A DNA stretch of 64,000 nucleotides, from positions 1 to 64,000 of the IMG/VR virus record IMGVR_UViG_3300038299_000184. One strand, written 5' to 3'. A program made the translations under genes and the position numbers. Source of the stretch: a virus. The notes beneath the pieces are model-generated. The model made no database searches. It saw nothing but the letters and a program-made list of their open reading frames with translations, and had not been told where the DNA came from. This document shows positions 8,515 through 14,674 of this stretch, one piece after another (positions within the stretch are counted from its first letter, which is position 1; the number at the start of each line of letters is the position of its first letter).

Positions 8515-9081
8515 ATGAAGAACGCAAAACCAAAAGATCCTTATAAAGTCGTTGAAGCTGCTTTGGATTATATCAGTCTCAATCTTTTAGAACCAACGCT
8601 ATTGAGAAACGTAAGATTAGATCCGAATAGTTTACGTAAACACGCTAAGATTCGTTTCGAAGGATTGCCGTTCCGAGATTATGACGATTTGACATTTCCT
8701 CATGGCGTAGAGGAGTGGTTGGATTATGTGTTCGGGGATGGCATGACTTATTCGGCTTTTTTAGCTGGGGAAGCTGCTAAAAAATCCATTATGGCTAGTG
8801 TTAAGCTACCAAGATGGACGGATATTTACAGACGGATGAAAGTGGAGAAACAGCAAGCTATCTACAACAAACTATCTTTCGGGGAAAGGTTTAAAGTCTC
8901 ATTCTCTCCTAGCAAGATCGAAATTCGTGAGGTAGTTTCAAAAGACGATAGGTCAAAATACATGCTTTGGGGAGCGAAGGAACGAAGGTATCTCGATAAG
9001 CATAACGACCATATAGACAAGTACTGGATCGACGAAGATGGAAATTACAAATACGATTTCGAATGCATACCTTATCTATAA
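8515..9081 (+). CDS. hypothetical protein
   Basis: ORF track, internal ATG. Confidence 0.7.
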   Translation: MKNAKPKDPYKVVEAALDYISLNLLEPTLLRNVRLDPNSLRKHAKIRFEGLPFRDYDDLTFPHGVEEWLDYVFGDGMTYSAFLAGEAAKKSIMASVKLPRWTDIYRRMKVEKQQAIYNKLSFGERFKVSFSPSKIEIREVVSKDDRSKYMLWGAKERRYLDKHNDHIDKYWIDEDGNYKYDFECIPYL

Positions 9082-9130
9082 ACATAAGGAAGCTGCTGAC
9101 GAAGCAGGGTAAACATATTAAATAATTTAC

Positions 9131-9205
9131 GGGACGTTCGTATAACGGCTATTACACGGGATTGTCTATCCTGCTATGAGGTTTCGATTACCTCACGTCT
9201 CGCCA
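9131..9205 (+). tRNA. tRNA-Asp(GTC)
   Basis: CGGGA-TT-GTC-TA-TCCTG, G73, CCA. Confidence 0.9.
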
Positions 9206-9206
9206 T

Positions 9207-9293
9207 TTTAAGTATTGTGGAAACACAGAGTATCGGTTGTACCGACTGAACATAGTAATGACTCTAGCACTAGACAGGTGTTACTTAAAACCC
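9207..9293 (+). ncRNA. tRNA-shaped RNA with expanded anticodon arm
   Basis: TTTAAGT/ACTTAAA stem, TGTG-GAAA-CACA arm, GAGT/ACTC enclosing TCGGT-TGT-ACCGA, 5-bp/7-nt arm AGCAC-TAGACAG-GTGTT. Confidence 0.5.
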
Positions 9294-9296
9294 TAT

Positions 9297-9371
9297 CGGA
9301 GGGTAGCTGAGACGGATTAGCATAGGTCTGAAAAACCTAAGAGGTGGGATCGTTACCCACACCTCCGACCA
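9297..9371 (+). tRNA. tRNA-Phe(GAA)
   Basis: TAGGT-CT-GAA-AA-ACCTA, CCA. Confidence 0.88.
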
Positions 9372-9415
9372 TTTAATAATTGACACCACTGGTTATTTAT
9401 TATACCACTAGGTAT

Positions 9416-9781
9416 ATGAGCAACCACGAAAGAGTCACAGACCTCACAGCTAGGTCTAAAGTAAAGCGAGGTACTACAGTTGATCTGATCAGCTCTAGGA
9501 GACGCAAGCCAGCCACTGATCTAATCGGTGCTAATAAAACACAAGACCGTAAAGATTCTTGTAAGAAACATTTCATGATGAGATACCGAGAACGGTATGG
9601 ATTCATTTGTAAGCATTTCATGTATTCAGAAATTTTGAAACTTGTTAGATCATCTAAACCATATGAACATTGCGTGAAGATGAATCGACACAAGTATGAG
9701 ATCGACCATAGTGGAACGACACTAAATATAGTTTATGATGATAGGTTGAACGTGCTGGTCACACTATTACCACCAAGGTAG
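9416..9781 (+). CDS. hypothetical basic protein
   Basis: ORF track; C-terminal VYD...LVTLLP. Confidence 0.6.
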   Translation: MSNHERVTDLTARSKVKRGTTVDLISSRRRKPATDLIGANKTQDRKDSCKKHFMMRYRERYGFICKHFMYSEILKLVRSSKPYEHCVKMNRHKYEIDHSGTTLNIVYDDRLNVLVTLLPPR

Positions 9782-9796
9782 TAGAGATACTAAAAT

Positions 9797-9873
9797 GGTG
9801 TAGGTAGCATAATTGGCAATGCCCTCGGTTGTGATCCGAGAAAATGCGGGATCATACCCCGTCCTATACCCCA
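9797..9873 (+). tRNA. tRNA-His(GTG) with encoded G-1:C73
   Basis: CTCGG-TT-GTG-AT-CCGAG; G precedes GTGTAGG and C73 precedes CCA. Confidence 0.9.
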
Positions 9874-9876
9874 TAT

Positions 9877-9951
9877 TGTTGTGTAGCTCAGAGGAAGAGC
9901 GCAGCTTTGATAAAGCTGAGGTCGGGATTTCAAAATTCCCCACAACAACCA
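9877..9951 (+). tRNA. tRNA-Ile(GAT)
   Basis: CAGCT-TT-GAT-AA-AGCTG, CCA. Confidence 0.9.
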
Positions 9952-9989
9952 TTTATTGACACCAATGGTATTCATTACTAAGTATACCC

Positions 9990-10235
9990 ATGTCAACACG
10001 AGCAGATAGAATATCTGACCACTACTCTATAGTATTCAAATATGGGTCAAAGTTTAAGACCATTATAACACCAGAGTCTGGTTGTGGGATATGCCCAAGC
10101 GAGGCATGGGTGTTTGGTGGGCCTATGACCAAGTGTGATAAAGAAATTAGTATGTCCTGTGAGCCTGTTATACAGTCACTAGATATACCAGTACACAGAA
10201 TAAAATCAACGGAAGATTTACTAGACAGGGTCTAG
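9990..10235 (+). CDS. hypothetical protein
   Basis: 81-aa ORF, TAAGTA-N5-ATG; 3' end overlaps tRNA-Ser. Confidence 0.5.
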   Translation: MSTRADRISDHYSIVFKYGSKFKTIITPESGCGICPSEAWVFGGPMTKCDKEISMSCEPVIQSLDIPVHRIKSTEDLLDRV

Positions 10236-10298
10236 GCTGGATTGCTAATCCAAGTACACCACTAGTGGTGTGGGGATCGTGCCCTCAATCTTCTGCCA
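10211..10298 (+). tRNA. tRNA-Ser(GCT)
   Basis: GGAAGAT/ATCTTCT, loop TT-GCT-AA, long variable arm, G73, CCA. Confidence 0.88.
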
Positions 10299-10343
10299 TA
10301 TTGTATGTGTTTCTCTTACACCATTCTATAATTATATAGAACT

Positions 10344-11090
10344 GTGACTATGGAAATAACATTTTTAACAACGTCAACAATTTCAGATATTCAAGTAACA
10401 CAATCTAGGTGCATTAAAAAATTCTTCCCAGATAGTGAACATGTGATTATTGATGGTAATAAGAGCTTCCCAAAGGTTTGGTACGAATGGCTGGATGTAG
10501 TAAAGGACAGCGAGTCGGATTGGTTTATACACATCGATGAAGATTGTTTCATAACATCCCCAGATGAAATATTAAAGCTGATCGAGGAGATGAAATCTGG
10601 TGGTTATGACATCGCAGGTTCGCCAGATGGTTATAATGAATTTTACCGACATGGTAATCACATGGCTATTAATTCATTTTTTATGGTATTGAATAAATCA
10701 GTAATTGATACATGGCACAATCGAACAGGTAATTGTCCTCAGTTTAAAAAGGATTGGATTGAAGAATATCCGTTTGAAAGGCACGGTGATTCGCATTTTA
10801 TATATAATGTTAAATTATTAGATGGGTACCATACATGGGTACCATATTCAGAACCATACTACGGATTTCTATGGGTGTTGAAGCAGAAGGGTTTGAAATT
10901 TAAATATATAGAACCTGTGTTCAATCCAACCTTCAGTACCACAGATCTGTTAAATGGTACAGTTAAACATATGTGGTTCCAACGCCAACGGAAGAGTGTT
11001 AAAGTAGTATCAGCAGCACATACAATATCTAATAAGGATAGATTTGATGGTATGTTATTATATATAAACCACCTTCTACTAAGTAATTAA
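10344..11090 (+). CDS. GT-A fold glycosyltransferase-like protein
   Basis: DWFIHIDEDCF DxD motif. Confidence 0.6.
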   Translation: MTMEITFLTTSTISDIQVTQSRCIKKFFPDSEHVIIDGNKSFPKVWYEWLDVVKDSESDWFIHIDEDCFITSPDEILKLIEEMKSGGYDIAGSPDGYNEFYRHGNHMAINSFFMVLNKSVIDTWHNRTGNCPQFKKDWIEEYPFERHGDSHFIYNVKLLDGYHTWVPYSEPYYGFLWVLKQKGLKFKYIEPVFNPTFSTTDLLNGTVKHMWFQRQRKSVKVVSAAHTISNKDRFDGMLLYINHLLLSN

Positions 11091-11094
11091 ATGT

Positions 11095-11241
11095 ATGAGT
11101 GAAGAAAAGAAAACACCATTCAAGCGAGGAGAAGTTAGGCGACGACAAGATGCCATCAAGTTTGAACCACCACTATACCCTAGACCTTCCAAGGACTGGG
11201 ACTTAAAGAAAGGTCAAAGAAAACTTGACTCTGGTAACTAG
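11095..11241 (+). CDS. small basic hypothetical protein (48 aa)
   Basis: TAATTA-N5-ATG; reads MSEEKKTPFKRGEVRRRQ... Confidence 0.45.
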   Translation: MSEEKKTPFKRGEVRRRQDAIKFEPPLYPRPSKDWDLKKGQRKLDSGN

Positions 11242-11272
11242 TGGTGTATTATGAATACATAATTAAATTTAT

Positions 11273-11616
11273 GGGGCTGATTTGGTTTCGACTTTAATCA
11301 ATAATTACCCAGTATCAACCAAGGTGGTTCCAAGACCTGCTGATAAGATCAACCAAAATGACGAAAATACAGTCGCTCTAGCTGCCTAGGCAGTGAGCCA
11401 CACAGGACTTCTATCAACCCTGTATGGCTAAGAGTAATAAGATAGTGCATTCGGTGTAAGACATCGACAGCTACCCATACAGGCTGTTAAATACAGGATG
11501 GTGAGTCAGATATCATACACTGACTAGTGTGAACAACGAAATGGTTCAAAAATGGTTGTAGACGTACTGAGATACGATGATTAAAACAAGCAGTTCAACT
11601 CTGCACAGCTCCACCA
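11273..11616 (+). ncRNA. ssrA: tmRNA
   Basis: 5' GGGGCTGA...TTCGAC; 3' T arm plus CAGCTCCACCA; tag frame ...NDENTVALAA-TAG ending at 11389; promoter TTGACT-N16-TATTAT. Confidence 0.95.
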
Positions 11617-11653
11617 TAATAGCCCACCTTGTAATGAGGTGGGCTATTATTTA
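11616..11653 (+). terminator. hairpin/terminator after tmRNA
   Basis: ATAATAGCCCACCT...AGGTGGGCTATTAT. Confidence 0.75.
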
Positions 11654-11698
11654 ATACAAGGATGCCCTAATTAGTAGTATAACCCCAACTATACTACT

Positions 11699-11944
11699 AT
11701 GAAAACACTACTAGGAAGATTTAAAAACTGGAAGACCACACTACTTGGTGCCCTTGCCGCTGCACTCATTGCTGCTGGTGGTTCACTATCAGAGGGTCAA
11801 GTAGATTACAAGATCATACTTGCTGCCGCTGGTGCTGCCGCGATTGGCTCTGTACTCAAAGACCCTGCTAAGAAAGTAAAACCTGTTAAGGGTATCGCTA
11901 AAGCCATTGTGGTTGATGAGGAAACTGGGGAGGATGTTGGGTAA
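11699..11944 (+). CDS. putative holin-like membrane protein
   Basis: Two hydrophobic helices, charged C-terminus. Confidence 0.5.
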   Translation: MKTLLGRFKNWKTTLLGALAAALIAAGGSLSEGQVDYKIILAAAGAAAIGSVLKDPAKKVKPVKGIAKAIVVDEETGEDVG

Positions 11945-12198
11945 TGACCGTATTTGGTGCACTTAAAATATTTGATATAATCAAGTTGGCACTGATGATT
12001 TGGTCTGCCACGAAACTACAAGCCCTACTAAAAAGATCTTATGAAATTGATAACGAAATTGATAATGCTGCCATTGATGCTACTAAGTCTGATATGCTGC
12101 GGATCAAGCGGCTTGCCGACGAAAAAGCAAGAATTGCTAAATACCTCAGCGTTGCTGACTCCGTACTCCGTGAAGTCCCTAAAGGGAAAGGAGTATAA
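11944..12198 (+). CDS. putative i-spanin-like protein
   Basis: N-terminal hydrophobic segment plus helical charged domain; overlapped by a lipoprotein ORF. Confidence 0.45.
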   Translation: MTVFGALKIFDIIKLALMIWSATKLQALLKRSYEIDNEIDNAAIDATKSDMLRIKRLADEKARIAKYLSVADSVLREVPKGKGV

Positions 12199-12298
12199 GT
12201 TTGAACAAGGTGTCTGGATAGGCACTGGTGAATCACTATACTCACAGGCTGCACTATCTGATGCGGTTTCCTCTGGCAGGGTACGCAACGGTAAATAA
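12041..12298 (+). CDS. putative o-spanin-like lipoprotein
   Basis: Signal peptide with lipobox-like LSLICC; overlaps the previous ORF in another frame. Confidence 0.45.
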   Translation: MKLITKLIMLPLMLLSLICCGSSGLPTKKQELLNTSALLTPYSVKSLKGKEYKFEQGVWIGTGESLYSQAALSDAVSSGRVRNGK

Positions 12299-12305
12299 TT
12301 TAATC

Positions 12306-12335
12306 AAGGGCTGTACTTAATTGTACAGCCTTTTT
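12306..12335 (+). terminator. intrinsic terminator
   Basis: GGCTGTAC-TTAATT-GTACAGCC-TTTTT. Confidence 0.8.
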
Positions 12336-12384
12336 ATTTGAAAACAATAGTTGACCTAAATGTTATATCGTGTATGGTCAACCC

Positions 12385-12624
12385 ATGTCAGAGAACATTC
12401 ACTATCGAGGTTATAATATCCAAACCATCACAGAGACCCTTGGGCTTAAAGGCCGAACCATCACACCATACAAATCCTTCGTCGTGAAGGGTGCCAAGGT
12501 TGTAGGCTCAGAGAGTTTCGCACCATTGTACAGAACCACTCGGGGTGGCTACCCTAAGTCGGCAGCACTCCGTGACATCAAGAACGATATCGACTGGTAT
12601 CAGAAACAGGGGTGGATCGCTTAA
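12385..12624 (+). CDS. hypothetical protein
   Basis: ATG 6 nt after TTGACC...TATGGT. Confidence 0.65.
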   Translation: MSENIHYRGYNIQTITETLGLKGRTITPYKSFVVKGAKVVGSESFAPLYRTTRGGYPKSAALRDIKNDIDWYQKQGWIA

Positions 12625-12858
12625 TATGGATTTATTCTGGAAATCATGGGTGGTTATTGTTGCCCTTTGGGTGGGGTTGTTCCTATTCTCAGACTGTGAC
12701 CCACCACACAAAATTGGGTCACAGACTGAAATGTTGCATGATGCAAGGGGTAAGACTGTAAAGGAATGTAGTGTTGACGGTTTGATTTTCACAATCAAAT
12801 TCACTGATGATACATCACTTAACTCAAGAATGGACAAACACTCACCAAAGGTATACTA

Positions 12859-13089
12859 ATGAAAGAATTTGAAGTATGGTCTGCGGGTTACCTTGCCACA
12901 GGTATGGAAGGTAGACCTATGAAGGCAAGGTGTGAAGGTACATGGGAGGGTAAAGACTTCCCAGAGGCTTGCCAGAACTGGGCAAACTCTTTGAAGCAAC
13001 CAGAGCTTTACACCCCCGAGACTAACCGTTATTGGGGTATTCATTTATTTGATAATGAGGTTGATGCCCGTAAACAATTTGGATATTAA
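12859..13089 (+). CDS. hypothetical protein
   Basis: 76-aa ORF. Confidence 0.6.
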   Translation: MKEFEVWSAGYLATGMEGRPMKARCEGTWEGKDFPEACQNWANSLKQPELYTPETNRYWGIHLFDNEVDARKQFGY

Positions 13090-13140
13090 ATAAAACTTAC
13101 AGAAAGGTGTTGACCTAATTCAGATTTATGGTAGTATTTA

Positions 13141-13368
13141 TACATCGGAAGGAACAAAGGGTTTGGCGACCAAGAGTGACTGAAGATAAATCGGGTTTCG
13201 TTGATATCGCCATTGATACGAATCAGTATGTTAGTACAAGTCCAATCAGAAAAGGTCGCAGGTTCGAATCCTGTCTAATCATCCACAGTGGTGTTTAGTA
13301 GCTCAGTTGGTAGAGCAGTTTTGTATAAAGACTAGGAGGGTGCAATTCCTTCCATACATTCCGATGTA
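13141..13368 (+). ncRNA. ncRNA containing a circularly permuted tRNA domain (YrlA/Y-RNA-like architecture)
   Basis: Closing stem TACATCGGAA/TTCCGATGTA; T arm (13258-13274) precedes D arm (13301-13316); own promoter TTGACC-N16-TAGTAT. Confidence 0.75.
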
Positions 13369-13382
13369 AAATAAATAGGATG

Positions 13383-13470
13383 GATTGATATGACAGACAA
13401 CTTGACGGGGTCGCGACCCCTCGGGAGAGGGGATATCAATTTAGACTAGTGGTGTATATCGTCAGTCTGA
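13383..13470 (+). ncRNA. putative structured RNA
   Basis: GATTGATAT/ATATCAATT stem with GGGGTCGCGACCCC and CCCCTC-GGGA-GAGGGG; TAGACT/AGTCTG hairpin. Confidence 0.4.
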
Positions 13471-13496
13471 AAAAATACTGAACTATCCACTACGAA

Positions 13497-13581
13497 GAAC
13501 ATAACAGTGGCTGGGTATAGCATTCCACAATGTGCTAGGGGTGCCCCCTAGAGATAACCAACTCAGTCACTGTTGTGGTTC
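13497..13581 (+). ncRNA. putative structured RNA (long closing helix)
   Basis: ATAACAGTGGCTGGGT/ACTCAGTCACTGTTGT 16-bp helix with G:U pairs; inner hairpins. Confidence 0.5.
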
Positions 13582-13646
13582 AAAACAAATTTTCCACATA
13601 ATTCAAATAAAACTTGAATACACTAAGTGGTGTGTATAAGTATAAT

Positions 13647-13724
13647 TGCGGGGTGGACAAGTCAGGTTAAGTCACTGGTCTCATAAGTCAGTCATCGAAT
13701 GTTCGAATCATTCTCCCGCAACCA
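13647..13724 (+). tRNA. tRNA-Met(CAT) (initiator versus elongator uncertain)
   Basis: TGCGGGG acceptor is fMet-like, but the anticodon stem CTGGT/GTCAG lacks three G:C pairs; CCA. Confidence 0.85.
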
Positions 13725-13730
13725 TATAAT

Positions 13731-14042
13731 ATGAACCTAAACGAACAAATCAAAGCCGACTACGAACAGTTGAAAACAACTAAACGTACTTGGCGGTTGG
13801 ATGAGACCAATTGTAAAGTGACAACCATACTCAATAGTATGGAAACCCACGAGCAAGATGCAGAGTTTGAGGTAGATGCTATGACAGGGGCAATGCTAGA
13901 ATGTAGTATGCACTTTAAAGGAACTCTTGACGAAGTGGTTCGAGATAAATCAATCCTAATTGGGTCATTAGTAGCTGGAACTAAGAAGGCACTAGTATTT
14001 GCCACAGACGATAGCACCACAAACGTGGTCAAAATAAAATAA
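13731..14042 (+). CDS. hypothetical protein
   Basis: 103-aa ORF. Confidence 0.65.
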   Translation: MNLNEQIKADYEQLKTTKRTWRLDETNCKVTTILNSMETHEQDAEFEVDAMTGAMLECSMHFKGTLDEVVRDKSILIGSLVAGTKKALVFATDDSTTNVVKIK

Positions 14043-14064
14043 TTCAAAATATATCAAATAAAAC

Positions 14065-14092
14065 TTGCAAACTGTAATAGGTTTACTATAAT
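14065..14092 (+). promoter_or_regulatory. sigma70-type promoter of tRNA operon 2
   Basis: TTGCAA-N16-TATAAT, homologous to 5941-5968. Confidence 0.8.
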
Positions 14093-14102
14093 TAAAAGCG
14101 TA

Positions 14103-14177
14103 ATGAAGAACAACACACAACAACAGTATCAACCTCAACCGTATCCTATGGACTCGGGTGGTTCTATTGTTGTCTAG
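14103..14177 (+). CDS. attenuator leader peptide 2 (MKNNTQQQYQPQPYPMDSGGSIVV)
   Basis: Codons 6-15 are exclusively Gln/Tyr/Pro; precedes a terminator and tRNA-Tyr/Pro/Gln. Confidence 0.85.
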   Translation: MKNNTQQQYQPQPYPMDSGGSIVV

Positions 14178-14204
14178 TAAGTTACATTACAGAAACAAAT
14201 GTTC

Positions 14205-14237
14205 AACCCGAATCCTTAATTGGTTTCGGGTTTTTTT
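14205..14237 (+). terminator. attenuator terminator 2
   Basis: AACCCGAATCC-TTAATT-GGTTTCGGGTT plus T run; 5' arm also complementary to GGACTCGGGT (14150-14159). Confidence 0.87.
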
Positions 14238-14264
14238 GTGTCCAGTAAAGGTCAAAACAAATAT

Positions 14265-14349
14265 GGGTGTGTTGGGCAATTGGTTGCCTAGCGGATTGTA
14301 ACTCCGTGGGCGAAAGTCGTTGTAGGTTCGAGTCCTACCATACCCACCA
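14265..14349 (+). tRNA. tRNA-Tyr(GTA)
   Basis: GCGGA-TT-GTA-AC-TCCGT, long variable arm, CCA. Confidence 0.92.
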
Positions 14350-14352
14350 TAT

Positions 14353-14426
14353 CGATACATAGCTCAACGGTAGAGTACCACCTAATGGGGGTGGAGATTG
14401 CGGTTCAATTCCGTGTGTATCGACCA
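14353..14426 (+). tRNA. tRNA with aberrant anticodon loop (Pro-like body)
   Basis: Intact cloverleaf with C1:G72, A73 and CCA; loop TAATGGG lacks U33. Confidence 0.65.
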
Positions 14427-14465
14427 TATCAAAAATCAAGCTGTAGAGATAAGCAGCAAATATAT

Positions 14466-14543
14466 CAGAGTGTTGGGTAATTGGCTACCCGCCTAGTTTG
14501 GATCTAGGAGATAATGCAGGTTCGAATCCTGTCACTCTGACCA
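14466..14543 (+). tRNA. tRNA-Pro(TGG)
   Basis: CAGAGTG/CACTCTG, CCTAG-TT-TGG-AT-CTAGG, CCA. Confidence 0.93.
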
Positions 14544-14546
14544 TAT

Positions 14547-14621
14547 AGGGATATAGTGTAATGGTTAGCACCGAAAACTTTGAATTTTCTAGTCTAGGTT
14601 CGAGTCCTAGTGTCCCTTCCA
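14547..14621 (+). tRNA. tRNA-Gln(TTG)
   Basis: GAAAA-CT-TTG-AA-TTTTC, CCA. Confidence 0.92.
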
Positions 14622-14674
14622 TATATATTGTTAAGTTTAACTTGAAAACTTGAACCAATCTACTAATTAAGTAT

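Noticed and set aside
9090-9110. AAGCTG...AAGCAG mini-hairpin, also near 14438
   Set aside because: Only two short, loosely similar copies; cannot be distinguished from chance.
9767-9999. Minus-strand ORFs over tRNA-His/Ile (also 14485..14742 over tRNA-Pro/Gln)
   Set aside because: They are antisense to clear tRNA genes.
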